DNA of 64,000 nt, taken from contig CAWINE010000005.1 in the NCBI GenBank assembly GCA_963837315.1, forward strand, positions 189,207 to 253,206, in the 5' to 3' direction. Under the pieces are notes generated by a model. It saw nothing but the letters and a program-made list of their open reading frames with translations, ran no database searches and had not been told where the DNA came from. This stretch comes from an uncultured Chloroflexia bacterium. GTDB lineage: Bacteria; Chloroflexota; Chloroflexia; QHBQ01; JADMIH01. Below are positions 52,744 to 62,867 of the stretch, in pieces. The translations under genes were made by a program, and so were the position numbers. Within the stretch, counting starts at the first letter, position 1; each line of letters opens with the position of its first letter.

Positions 52744-53299
52744 TACTTCTATCTCCTATAGCGAGTACCAGGTACCACTCTCATTTCTCATTTCTCATTT
52801 CTTCGTGAAGCGAGACCCTGTCCCTGGGCTAAGTCCTTCAGTAAGACATACGCAAGGTGCAGGCCATTGCGCCCGCCCCTTTCAGAGGACTGGGCCTGCA
52901 CTTGCAGGCGATGATCTATTTCCCATGCGATGTACAAGTGTGGGTGATGTAGAAGCGTGGCGCTCATGTACCCGCACCGGTCTCCTTCACGTTCTGCTGC
53001 CGGTTGGATTCGGTGTTGCCTCCCATTTGTGGGCTCTGCTCATGGTGAGGGTTCAAACCTGTGCCGTGCGAAGTTGTGCGTCCGGCGCGCTGCGCCCAAC
53101 TGAGAGAATCGCCCGCCGGATGGAGCCACGACCGCACCCACCAGCCGGCTACCGCCCGTACTTCCGGCCACCGGCCCACCAGGCCCCTGGTTTCACCTTT
53201 CGATGGTCCTGCCATGTCGTTCCTCCAATTACGAATTACGAATTACGAATTACGAATTCCGATTCATACGTAATTCGTGTAATTCGTAATTCCTTAGCG

Positions 53300-54949
53300 T
53301 CAGCTAAGGCCGCCCCGGTTGCGCGCTAGCTCACCGTTGGGCGCGGCATGGCGGATCCAGTCTGCGGTGCGGGCCGCGAGGGCCGAGATGGTGAGGGCCG
53401 GATTGGCCGAGCCTTGCGTGGGGAGCACGCTGCCGTCGCAAACGAAGAGGTTGGGCACATCCCAGCTCCGGCACCAGCGGTCAACGACCGAATCGGATGG
53501 GTCGAAGCCCATCCGGCAGGTGCCGACCAGGTGGGCGTACCGGCGGACGTACTGGGTCGACTTGGCCCCTGCCGCTCTTAGCACTTCCTCCGCTTTCGTA
53601 ATCCCGGCTGCCATCATCTTCTTATCGTTGTCGAAGAGGTTGAAGTGCACGTATGGCACCGGTATGCCGAACCGGTCGGTGGCTGTCGGGTGGATAGAGA
53701 CGTAGTTGCGCTCGTCCGGCAGTATCTCGCCGAGCACACCTATTGCCGCGTAGCGGTTGTAATCCTGCATCGCCTCCAGCAACTCTTCACCGAAGGTGCC
53801 GTCCTCGCTGAGTATATGCGACATTGCGATGGGGAGCGGGCTGACGGTCTGCAGAGCATACCCTCTCACGAAATCGTTGCGGGGGTCGGTCTCGTAGAAC
53901 TCCTCCGAGCAGGCACACGCCGGGGGAGCTTTGTACTGGCGGATCATCCGATCAAATCGCCCCCAAATCACAGGCCCTGCCTGCGCCATTAGGAACTTGC
54001 CTACGTGCCCGCTGGAGTTTGCAAGCCCGGCAGGGAATCGGCTCGACTTCGAGTTGAGCAGCAGCCTGGGCGACTCGATCGCGTAGCCCGCCACGATGAC
54101 GGCTTTGGCGCGCTGCTCTTCCTCGCGAAATCCCCCGTCCTCCGTTGTGCGGAAGTAGCGCACGCTCGTAGCCCGGCCTTCGTCGTCAACCGGTACCTCG
54201 TACACCATACAATCAGTGCGAATCTCCGCGCCGTGCTCTATGGCGTAGGGTATATGGCTGACCATAGTGCTGCTCTTGGCCCCCACCTTGCACCCAAGCA
54301 GACAGAAGCCGCGCATGATGCAATGCGGTCGCTTACCCACGCGTCCCGCCGGGATCGCTACAGGGCCGCCGGCCACCACGGGGATCCCTAGCTTTTCGCA
54401 CCCATCTATAAGCACCTGGCCCGCTGTGCCCGCCTCCAGGGCAGCATAAGGGTAGCCATGCGGCTTGCCCCATGGATATAGGGCCGGGCCGGAGACAGGG
54501 TATTCGCGCTCCATCTGCTCATAGTATGGCTCCAATTCATCGTAGGAGAGAGGCCAGTCGGCAGCCACGCCGTCCTGCGTTTTCACCTGGAAGTCAGATG
54601 GGTGAAAGCGAGGGCAAAAGCCCGCGTAGTGGATCGTGCTGCCTCCCACCCCCTTGCCCGAGTTGTTCGCTCCCATCTCGAGAGGCTCTGTGCCTCCCGT
54701 TATCCGCAGGTCGTTCCAGTACATACGCCCCGACCCCGCCTCGTCGGAGACCATATCGCGCTCCGTGTCGTGCCACGGCCCCGCATCGAGCGCCACCACA
54801 GAGAAGCCATATCGAGCAAGCCTCTGCGCTAACACGCCCCCGCCCGCGCCCGTACCAACAATACAAAAGTCCACTTCCTCACGCGGGGAGTACTCGCGCA
54901 TCTCTGTGTCAAGGATCCAATCGGAAGAAAGATGTACGTGTAAACGCAT
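53300..54949 (-). CDS. GMC-family FAD-dependent oxidoreductase
   Basis: The FAD-binding N-terminus is 'DFCIVGTGAGGGVLAQRLA'. The protein is 549 aa with GMC-like C-terminal motifs. Confidence 0.8.
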   Translation of the reverse strand: MRLHVHLSSDWILDTEMREYSPREEVDFCIVGTGAGGGVLAQRLARYGFSVVALDAGPWHDTERDMVSDEAGSGRMYWNDLRITGGTEPLEMGANNSGKGVGGSTIHYAGFCPRFHPSDFQVKTQDGVAADWPLSYDELEPYYEQMEREYPVSGPALYPWGKPHGYPYAALEAGTAGQVLIDGCEKLGIPVVAGGPVAIPAGRVGKRPHCIMRGFCLLGCKVGAKSSTMVSHIPYAIEHGAEIRTDCMVYEVPVDDEGRATSVRYFRTTEDGGFREEEQRAKAVIVAGYAIESPRLLLNSKSSRFPAGLANSSGHVGKFLMAQAGPVIWGRFDRMIRQYKAPPACACSEEFYETDPRNDFVRGYALQTVSPLPIAMSHILSEDGTFGEELLEAMQDYNRYAAIGVLGEILPDERNYVSIHPTATDRFGIPVPYVHFNLFDNDKKMMAAGITKAEEVLRAAGAKSTQYVRRYAHLVGTCRMGFDPSDSVVDRWCRSWDVPNLFVCDGSVLPTQGSANPALTISALAARTADWIRHAAPNGELARNRGGLS

Positions 54950-54995
54950 AGTCGCTTAGCTCCGGTTATGAGTTGTGAGTTCGGCTCGGGTCAAC

Positions 54996-55610
54996 TCACA
55001 ACTCCGTCGGGTTGCTCTCCCATGGCTCGGGTGCGCCGTTGTTGAGCGCGAAGTAGCCACGAGGGTAGGCTGGGCCGCCGAAACCTATCTCATCCCAGGC
55101 GTATGGATGAGAGTAATATATGCCGCAAATCTGCCGCAAGGCTATATAGACCCACCAGCGTCTGGGCGGCATCTTTTGCCAGATCTCGCCTGGTGGGTCG
55201 CCTGCATTTACGATCCTGAGTACCTGGTCTTGCTGTATGCCCTCCAAATCGGCGAAGTCGCCTCCAAATATCAGCACTGACGTTTGGTCGAGACCATCGA
55301 GGCCCCACTCCCATGCGATTTCGTCGGGGGGCATATCGTCGAAGCGGAAGCCTGAGACGATACGCTCTTTGCATCTCTGGTCGATCCAGGGCGCGATGGG
55401 CACCTTCCTTTCCTGGGGACGGTGCGCCTGTGGTATGACGCGGTCGCATAGCGCCTGGAGAGTGGCGCGCCTGTGCTCATCGAAGTATTCGTGATCGGGT
55501 ACGTTGTGCACCCGGTCCATGATCACCCGGCGGGTGGCATCGTCCCAGTGCCCGCGCTGGGCAAGCACGTCTGCTTTTGGATAAAGATCTTTCATGTCGC
55601 TTCGCTCCAA
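54996..55610 (-). CDS. gluconate 2-dehydrogenase subunit 3-like small subunit
   Basis: Its size and position directly upstream of a GMC oxidoreductase fit this role. The family assignment is by eye and is moderate. Confidence 0.45.
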   Translation of the reverse strand: MERSDMKDLYPKADVLAQRGHWDDATRRVIMDRVHNVPDHEYFDEHRRATLQALCDRVIPQAHRPQERKVPIAPWIDQRCKERIVSGFRFDDMPPDEIAWEWGLDGLDQTSVLIFGGDFADLEGIQQDQVLRIVNAGDPPGEIWQKMPPRRWWVYIALRQICGIYYSHPYAWDEIGFGGPAYPRGYFALNNGAPEPWESNPTEL

Positions 55611-55648
55611 TTATGAATTTTAAATGTCGATTAATTCACAATTAGAAT

Positions 55649-56630
55649 TTAAGAATTCCTAATTCCCTCAGGGTTAGAGCGCCTGAGCAGCGCAGCCAGG
55701 AGGCCGAGGAGGCCCACCGACGAAAGGAGGAGCGGGGCGAACAGGGGTGGCCCCATCGTAATATTGAAGCGCAGGTTACCGAAGCCGCCAGGCATCCGCT
55801 TGATCCCTTGCAGATGGAGGAAGAAGCCGAGCACGCCATCGAGCAGCGTGGCCGCTGAAGCGATAGGGAGCACCGTGCGCGCCGCTCGCTCACTGACCGC
55901 CGCCGCTACTCCGGCAGCCACCATGGGAGGCGTCACCCATACGGGCGTCCACATCACTCGCTTGTTATAGCTGCCCCGCAGGTGCTCGAAATATGCCTCG
56001 CCCCCTGCGAGCACGGCAAAGAAAGCTGAGGTGAGCGCCATATACCTCTGGAACTTGCCATGCGCCACCCTCGAAGCCAGCCGCTCCAGGGGAGTGTGAG
56101 GCTCCTCATGGGTTATCAGCTTGCTCAGGGTGGCGGCCAGGTCGGCTCGTATGGGGTCGGGCGTCTCGCGGCGGAGGAGGCCCGCGAGCACGCCCAGCAC
56201 CCCAACGAGACAGGTGAGGAGGGGAGCAAAGATTGGAGGGCCCATTACGATGTTATACTGGCCCAGCTTGTACCCGCCCGGCAGATTTCTTGATCCCTTT
56301 CAGGTGGTAGACGAAGCCGACCACCCCGTCCACAAGCGAGACGAGGGACACCAGGGGCAGAAGTACCCGGCCGGCCTTCTTGCTGAAAATGGTGAGTGCA
56401 GAGGCCAGCGCGGCGGGCGGGGTAAGCCACACCGGTGTCCACATCAGCCAATGGTTGAACGCACCACGCTGATGCTGTACGTACGCCTCAAAACCGCTTA
56501 CGATGGCAGAAAAAGCGGTTATGAAGGCCATACTGCGCTGGAATCGCCCTTCTCGCACTTCCGTCGCCGCTAATCGTGCGTCGTGTTCGGCAATATGAGC
56601 CAGGTGCTTTTCTCTGGTGAATACGCTCAT
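55649..56630 (-). CDS. membrane protein with an internal tandem duplication and an apparent frameshift near 56250
   Basis: The two ORFs share the repeated module 'QR..A..TAF.A...G.EAY..H.RG..N...MWTPVW.TPP...LP..S...L.DG..GF..HL.GIK'. Confidence 0.45.
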
Positions 56631-56663
56631 GTGTGTCTTTACTTTCTTCCGATAGTGAAATCT

Positions 56664-56867
56664 CTATCTTGGCGAGGATGTGCCTACGTGCTGGTGTCGT
56701 TCTGATGGCACCTGGCCGCTCGAGGGTGGCCCTTCTGCGCGCCTCTTGCCTCGCGTAAGGTCGCCTCCCACTCGCCCGATAGCGAGCAGCCCGAACCCGC
56801 CAAGCAAGAGCGCCCCCACCAGCCCCACGCCGATTTCCAACGCTCTCTCCAGGTGCTCATCCTTCAT
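56664..56867 (-). CDS. hypothetical small membrane protein
   Basis: 'MKDEHLERALEIGVGLVGALLLGGFGLLAIG...' is the likely product. The longer listed ORF reads through heptamer repeats. Confidence 0.3.
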   Translation of the reverse strand: MKDEHLERALEIGVGLVGALLLGGFGLLAIGRVGGDLTRGKRRAEGPPSSGQVPSERHQHVGTSSPR

Positions 56868-56989
56868 CGTTGTCTTCTCCAAGAAGTGAGAAGTGAGAAG
56901 TGAGAAATGAGAAATGAGATGTGAGATCGTCGACCCTGATTCCATTTCTCTTCGTCGACCTCTCACTTCTCATTTCTCATTTCTCATTT

Positions 56990-58130
56990 CTATAAAACCC
57001 GATACGGCGCGGCGTCCTGCCGCTTTAACTCGAGACCCATCCCCGGTCGAGAAAGGTCAGGGCGCAGCTCGCCATCCACCGGGTCGAGCGCACCGTCGAA
57101 GATCATATGCTCGATGCGAGCGTGGTCGTGGAAGTATTCGAGGTGCCGCAGCTTGGGCACAGAGCAGCAAGGGTGAACGTGGATAGAGGGCCCGCAGTGA
57201 GCAGATAGCGGTATAGGACGTGCCTCGCACAGCGCGCCCACTTTGAGGAAGCCGCTTATCCCCAGGCAGCGGGTAGCGTCCGCCTGTAGCACGTCCACCG
57301 CCTCCGCATCCAACATGCGCCGGAAGTAGAAAGGGTCATATCCATACTCACCTGCCGCAATGTCTATGCCTGCAGGCGCTCGGTCCCGGAGGAGACGCAA
57401 ACCTTCCAGGTCGTCCGAGGAGACCGGTTCCTCGAACCAGGTCACTCCCTGTGCTGCGAACGCCTCCGCGAAGGCTAATGCCTGCTTGCGGCTGTATGCG
57501 CCGTTGGCGTCCACGAAAAGCTCAACGTGAGGGCCGATTGCCTGCGCGGGCCGCCTTCACCCTCTCGAGGTCGATGGATGGGTCGGTGCCGATCTTCATC
57601 TTCACCCGCTTGAACCCCTGCTCGGCCCAGCCTCCCAGTTGGTCGCGCATCTGTTCTGGAGTGTAAGTGGTGAAGCCGCCGCTGCCGTAGAGTGGCACCG
57701 AGGTGCGCACGGCACCCAGGAGCGTCACCAATGGCAGGCCGAGGAGGCGGGCTTTGAGGTCCCAAAGGGCAGAGTCGACTGCCGAGATAGCCATGGCCGC
57801 GACCCCAGGGCGGCCCAGGTTGCGAATGGAACCCAGCATCGCGTCCCATGCGCCCGGTACCGCCATGGCATCGTGGCCACCAAGGAGGGTAGGAAAATTG
57901 TCAAGGATAAGCTGTGCAGTGGCGCGGTTTGCGTAGGTATAGCCGAGGCCGGTCATGTCTCCCGCGCTGACCTCCGCCACGACGATAGTGCTGTTGTGCC
58001 AGAGGTATGTGCCGTCGCCCTCCGGCGCATCGGTCGGTATCGTGTAAGCCGAAGCTCGCACCGATTCTATAGGAACGTCAATCACGGTCGCTTCTCGCGA
58101 GTTATGAGTTCTCATTATCTCCTGTCTCAT
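56990..58130 (-). CDS. enolase-superfamily enzyme (mandelate racemase / muconate lactonizing enzyme family) with an apparent frameshift near 57520
   Basis: The N-terminal capping domain and 'KMKIG' lie in 57522..58130. The C-terminal barrel ('DANGAYS', 'WFEEP', 'DIAAGE') lies in 56990..57514. Confidence 0.7.
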
Positions 58131-58165
58131 TTCTCATTTCTCCGCCACTCAGAACTCATGACCGG

Positions 58166-59920
58166 TCAGATAACCTCCCGCACCTTGTCTTCGAGCACGG
58201 TCTTTATGATGTCGAAGCGGTCCTTCTCACCCCTTGCCAGGGCTTTCGCGAAGTGGATCGCCTGCTCCGTGGTGATCTTGCCGGGCATCGGAGGCTCGTT
58301 GGCGTCCACGACTGCCTGTATGAGGGCAGGGCCGTCGTGCGCGAGGGCCTCACGCAATATACCCTCGGCGTCGTTCGGGTCCTCTATCGTGTAGCCCGCA
58401 GCGCCGCAAGCCTTCGCATACGCCGCGAAATCGATAGGCTGCAACTCCACACCGTACTGAGGGTTGGCGTTGAGCACCATCTGCTCCCATTTGATCATGC
58501 CGAGCACGTTGTTCTTGATGACCACCACCTTCACAGGCAGCTTGTATTTGACCAGCGTAGCCATCTCGCCCATCAGCATGGTGAAGCCGCCGTCCCCCAC
58601 GATACACACCACCTGCCTGCCCGGGTTGCCAATCGCCGCGCCGATGCTGTACGGGAGGCCATTGGCCATGGTAGCCAGCGAGCCTGAAAGCGAGAACTGC
58701 ATATTGCCGCGTATCTGGATGTAGCGCGCCGCCCATGTGGCGATCGTGCCGCTGTCTGCCGAAACGATGGCGTCGTCGTTCAAGAGCTTGTTCAGTTGGT
58801 AAGTGACCACCTGCGGCTTCATCGGCATGTCGGTGCGGGTACCCCGCTCCTCCATCAAGCCATTCCAATCCTTCATCCGCTCCTGTGCCTTCTTCAAGAA
58901 ATCTCGATTTACTTTACGCTCGATGAGTGGCAGAAGCGCCTGGAGCACACCCTTGCAGTCGCCCACCAGGCCAACGTCGACGGAGTGGCGCAGCCCTATC
59001 CTCTCGGGGAAGAGGTCGATCTGCACCGTCTTCGCCTTGTCGGGATCGGGGTAGAACTCCATATACGGGAAGCTACTGCCCGCAATGAGCAAAGCATCGC
59101 AGTCGTCCATAGCGTCCTGGGAAGGCGCTGTGCCGAGGAGGCCAATGCCACCAGTGGTGTAAGGGCTATCGTCGGGCACCACCGCTTTGCCGAGCAGCGG
59201 CTTGATGATGACCCCACCCACCTTCTCGGCTAGCTGCGTGATCTCGTCCCTTGCGCCCAGGCAGCCGCGCCCGGCCAGGATCGCCAGCTTAGAGCTACCG
59301 TTGATGAGGTCGGCGGCGCGCTGCACGGATTCCCTGGATGGGAGAGGACGCGGCATAGAGTAGATGTCCTCGCTGTGCATCGCCACGTTGGCAGGCGAGC
59401 GGTCTTCGTCGTCTTTGGTCCATTCCTGTATGTCTTTAGGAATGGTGATGTGAGCCACGCCGTGCCGCGCTAATGCGGTCTTGATCGCCTCATCCACTAC
59501 ATTGTTGGTGTGCGCCGGCCCCATGATGCGCTGGTTATATACCGACACGTCCATGAAGAGCTTGTCGAGGTCGACATCCTGCTGGTAGTGGGTGCCGATC
59601 AGGTCGTGGAAGGTGTGCCCGGTTATGGCGAGCACCGGCTGCATATCGCACTTGGCGTCGTACAGCCCGTTGAGGAGGTGGATACCGCCCGGCCCTGAAG
59701 TTGCCAGGCAGACGCCAAGTCTGCCTGTATATTTGGCATAGCCTACGGCAGCGAAAGCAGCCGCTTCCTCGTGCCGCACCTGCACAAACTTCAGCTTGCC
59801 CTCGTTCGTACGCAATGCCTCGAAGATGCCGTTCACACCGTCTCCGGGGAAGCCGAATATCGTGTCAACTCCCCAGCTAATGAGCCGCTCGACCAGCAGG
59901 TCAGCTACCGTTTTTGCCAT
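58166..59920 (-). CDS. thiamine-diphosphate-dependent pyruvate oxidase / pyruvate dehydrogenase (quinone) family enzyme
   Basis: 'TIFGFPGDGVNG' is at the N-terminus. The TPP-binding motif is 'GDGGFTMLMGE...N'. The protein is 584 aa. Confidence 0.8.
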   Translation of the reverse strand: MAKTVADLLVERLISWGVDTIFGFPGDGVNGIFEALRTNEGKLKFVQVRHEEAAAFAAVGYAKYTGRLGVCLATSGPGGIHLLNGLYDAKCDMQPVLAITGHTFHDLIGTHYQQDVDLDKLFMDVSVYNQRIMGPAHTNNVVDEAIKTALARHGVAHITIPKDIQEWTKDDEDRSPANVAMHSEDIYSMPRPLPSRESVQRAADLINGSSKLAILAGRGCLGARDEITQLAEKVGGVIIKPLLGKAVVPDDSPYTTGGIGLLGTAPSQDAMDDCDALLIAGSSFPYMEFYPDPDKAKTVQIDLFPERIGLRHSVDVGLVGDCKGVLQALLPLIERKVNRDFLKKAQERMKDWNGLMEERGTRTDMPMKPQVVTYQLNKLLNDDAIVSADSGTIATWAARYIQIRGNMQFSLSGSLATMANGLPYSIGAAIGNPGRQVVCIVGDGGFTMLMGEMATLVKYKLPVKVVVIKNNVLGMIKWEQMVLNANPQYGVELQPIDFAAYAKACGAAGYTIEDPNDAEGILREALAHDGPALIQAVVDANEPPMPGKITTEQAIHFAKALARGEKDRFDIIKTVLEDKVREVI

Positions 59921-60045
59921 CTTCTTTTACCCCCACTGTTGCTTGTCCATCTTGTTGGCCATGCGAGCCCGGTCCGGAAATGGGTATTGACAACAGGTCC
60001 GCTATTACCCTATAGTTGTAAGCATATATCGTACCACGACGTAAA

Positions 60046-60573
60046 TTGGGGGACGAGAAGATGATAGGAGACAATCTAACAATCGAGGATTACCAGGCGC
60101 TGGCCGAGTTCAGGTACCAACTGCGCCGCTTTATCGGCTTCAGCGAGCAGATGGCGCGCTCGGCCGGCATAGAGCCGCAGCAACACCAGTTGCTCCTGGC
60201 GCTCAAGGGCTTCCCAGGAGGCGGACCTGCCACGATGAGTGGCCTGGCGGAAAGGCTGAGCTTGCGACACCACAGCGCCGTGGAGCTGGTCAACCGTACG
60301 GAAGAGCGAGGGTTTGTGCGCAGGAGGCGAGCCGAGGAAGACCGCAGAGAGGTTTACATCGATCTGACCGACGAAGGCGAACAGGTACTCCGCGAGCTTT
60401 CACTCTATAATCGCGCCGAGCTGCGTAATCAGGGTCCCGCCCTTGTGAACGCACTCAAAGGCCTGCTGAAGGAAAGCCGGCACTTGGAACGTAGCAAGCC
60501 GGTTCTTGACCGGTTCTGCGTTGAAAGTAATGACTCAGAAGTCACAACTCACAACTCAAAACAAGGAGAGTAA
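60046..60573 (+). CDS. MarR-family transcriptional regulator
   Basis: The winged HTH is 'QHQLLLALKGFPGGGPATMSGLAERLSLRHHSAVELVNRTEERGFVRRR'. Confidence 0.75.
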   Translation: MGDEKMIGDNLTIEDYQALAEFRYQLRRFIGFSEQMARSAGIEPQQHQLLLALKGFPGGGPATMSGLAERLSLRHHSAVELVNRTEERGFVRRRRAEEDRREVYIDLTDEGEQVLRELSLYNRAELRNQGPALVNALKGLLKESRHLERSKPVLDRFCVESNDSEVTTHNSKQGE

Positions 60574-60730
60574 GCGCAATATATGAAAGGGATAGACGGA
60601 GACGAAGACAATTACATCAAAAGAGCTCTCAAAGGGCTGAGATCGAATTGCACACCCTGGCGAGTCGGACAGCCTGGGTGACTTCATAACTACAGCCCGC
60701 GTCATACCGATTTCGCTTATCGCCATAGGC

Positions 60731-62479
60731 GTGGGAGTCATCAGCTCGTTCGTGGCGCTGGTTCTGTTGAGGCTGATAGGGCTCTGCACCAACCTTTTCT
60801 TCTTCCAGCGCTTTGATACCACGCTGGTTTCTCCCGCAGGCAATAACCTGGGCATCTTCGAGATATTGGTGCCGGTGATAGGAGCGATCGCAATAGGCTT
60901 CATGGCCCGTTATGGCTCGGAGAGGATACGGGGACACGGCATCCCGGAAGCAATCGAAGCGATATTAATCAACGGGAGCAAGGTGCAGCCGCGAGTGGCT
61001 ATCCTGAAGCCTATAGCCTCAGCCATTTCGATAGGTTCGGGCGGGCCGTTTGGTGCGGAGGGGCCAATCATCATGACGGGTGGGGCGTTCGGCTCAATGA
61101 TCGCCCAGCTCTTCCACCTGACGAGCGCCGAGCGCAAGACGCTGCTCGTGGCAGGTGCTGCCGCCGGTATGTCCGCTACCTTCGCCTCGCCGGTGGCAGC
61201 AGTGCTCCTGGCGGTGGAGCTTCTCCTCTTCGAGTGGCGGCCACGCAGTGTGATACCTGTGGCCCTCGCCAGCGCCACAGCCGCTGCCACCCGCCAATAT
61301 ATCCTCGGCACGGGCCCCCTTTTCCCGACGCCCGCCCACCCGATCTTTATCGGTCCTCTGGGTCTCCTTAGCTGTATAGTTGTCGGATTGCTTGCGGGGG
61401 CGCTGTCGGCGTTGCTCACCCTGATGGTATATGCTTCGGAAGATGCTTTTCACAAGCTGCGTATACACTGGATGTGGTGGCCGGCAATAGGCGGACTTGT
61501 GATCGGCATCGGCGGCCTCATTTTCCCGCAGGCGCTCGGCGTTGGCTACGACACTATCGGCGCGCTCTTGCAGGGGAACGTGCCGGCCCAAATCGTCCTT
61601 GGCATCCTCCTGGTGAAGTCGATAATCTGGGCCGTATCGCTCGGCTCGGGCACATCGGGGGGCGTGCTGGCTCCGCTCCTGATGATGGGCGGGGCGCTGG
61701 GTGGGTTGGAAGCGCTAGTGCTTCCCAACGAAGGAGCGGGCTTTTGGCCGCTGGTGAGCATGGGAGCGATTCTTGGCGGCACTATGCGCTCTCCTTTTAC
61801 GGGCATCGTGTTCGCCCTCGAGTTGACGCACGACGTGAATATGCTTCTACCGCTGGTGGTGGCGGTGTTCGTAGCCCACGGCTTCACGGTTCTCACGCTA
61901 CGCCGTTCCATCCTGACTGAAAAAGTGGCCCGGCGCGGGTATCACTTGAGCCGAGAATATGCCGTGGACCCTCTGGAGATACTGAAGGTGCGTGAGGTGA
62001 TGAGGACCAACATAGCCGCCCTCCCCGCCGCCACCTCCATCTCAAATCTCGCGAACGTTACCGTTGACACGCCGAAGCGAGGCCAGCACCTGATACCGGT
62101 GCTGGACCAGGATGATCTCATGGTCGGTGTGGTGACTCGGAGGGATCTTCAACGCTTGCTGCAGGAAGCCCAGGCCGTGCCTCCGGATGGTTATGAGAAG
62201 GACCGGAAGCTTGCCGACCTCGTAAAATCCAACCCCCATATTGCCTACGACGACGAGCCACTGCGCGCGGTGGTTTACAGGATGGCTGAGACGGGCCTGA
62301 CCCGCTTCCCCGTGGTAGAGCGGCGTAACCCACGTAAGATTGTGGGCATGGTCTCTCTGAACGACCTGCTGAAAGCAAGGGAGCGCAACCTCGAGGAGGA
62401 GCGCGAACGCGAGCGGGTGCTCAAGGTGCGCTTCTTCAGGCCCACAAGCTCAACCATAGAAATGAGAAGTGAGAAATGA
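60731..62479 (+). CDS. ClC-family chloride channel / H+-Cl- antiporter with a C-terminal CBS pair
   Basis: 'GSGGPFGAEGP', 'GMSATFASPVAA' and 'GSGTSGGVLAPLL' are the selectivity motifs. Two CBS-like segments follow. Confidence 0.85.
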   Translation: MGVISSFVALVLLRLIGLCTNLFFFQRFDTTLVSPAGNNLGIFEILVPVIGAIAIGFMARYGSERIRGHGIPEAIEAILINGSKVQPRVAILKPIASAISIGSGGPFGAEGPIIMTGGAFGSMIAQLFHLTSAERKTLLVAGAAAGMSATFASPVAAVLLAVELLLFEWRPRSVIPVALASATAAATRQYILGTGPLFPTPAHPIFIGPLGLLSCIVVGLLAGALSALLTLMVYASEDAFHKLRIHWMWWPAIGGLVIGIGGLIFPQALGVGYDTIGALLQGNVPAQIVLGILLVKSIIWAVSLGSGTSGGVLAPLLMMGGALGGLEALVLPNEGAGFWPLVSMGAILGGTMRSPFTGIVFALELTHDVNMLLPLVVAVFVAHGFTVLTLRRSILTEKVARRGYHLSREYAVDPLEILKVREVMRTNIAALPAATSISNLANVTVDTPKRGQHLIPVLDQDDLMVGVVTRRDLQRLLQEAQAVPPDGYEKDRKLADLVKSNPHIAYDDEPLRAVVYRMAETGLTRFPVVERRNPRKIVGMVSLNDLLKARERNLEEERERERVLKVRFFRPTSSTIEMRSEK

Positions 62480-62571
62480 GAAGTGAGAAGTGAGAAGTGA
62501 GAATTGCCTGACCGGTATGGTATTATGAGGTCGGCTCGGTTGGCATAAGAAGCCCTTAGCAGGAGAGGTTC

Positions 62572-62862
62572 ATGCGATACGAAACCCACACCCAACTGAA
62601 GCGGGCAGCCGTTTTCGAGGCCGCAAAGAAATTCTTCGGGGACGCCGAGGGCGGCCTGGGCATGAAGAAGAGCGCCGAGCAGGGCAACCAGATCGCCTTC
62701 TTCGGTGACGGCCTCATCTGGGTAACGGTTTGGCCGGCGAAACCTGGCGAGAAAATCCGAGTGGACGTGGATGTCTCCGATCGGGACAAGGACGCGAAGG
62801 CGTTCATAGAGAAGGTTCTGAAAGCGCACCCGGTGGCGGACAGTGCAGGAACTGGAGTCTAG
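62572..62862 (+). CDS. hypothetical protein
   Basis: 96-aa ORF with no recognisable motif. Confidence 0.25.
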   Translation: MRYETHTQLKRAAVFEAAKKFFGDAEGGLGMKKSAEQGNQIAFFGDGLIWVTVWPAKPGEKIRVDVDVSDRDKDAKAFIEKVLKAHPVADSAGTGV

Positions 62863-62867
62863 CCCAC

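Noticed and set aside
56868-56966. N-terminal extension 'MRGRRREMESGSTISHLISHFSLLTSHF' of ORF 56664..56966
   Set aside because: It is encoded by GAGAAGT/GAGAAAT heptamer repeats, so the true start is most likely the internal Met. ORF 33901..35394 likewise extends upstream of Met-98 through repeats.
6421-62510. CRISPR array
   Set aside because: All tandem repeats have 7-10 nt units without unique spacers. There are no 25-40 nt direct repeats separated by spacers, and no cas genes.
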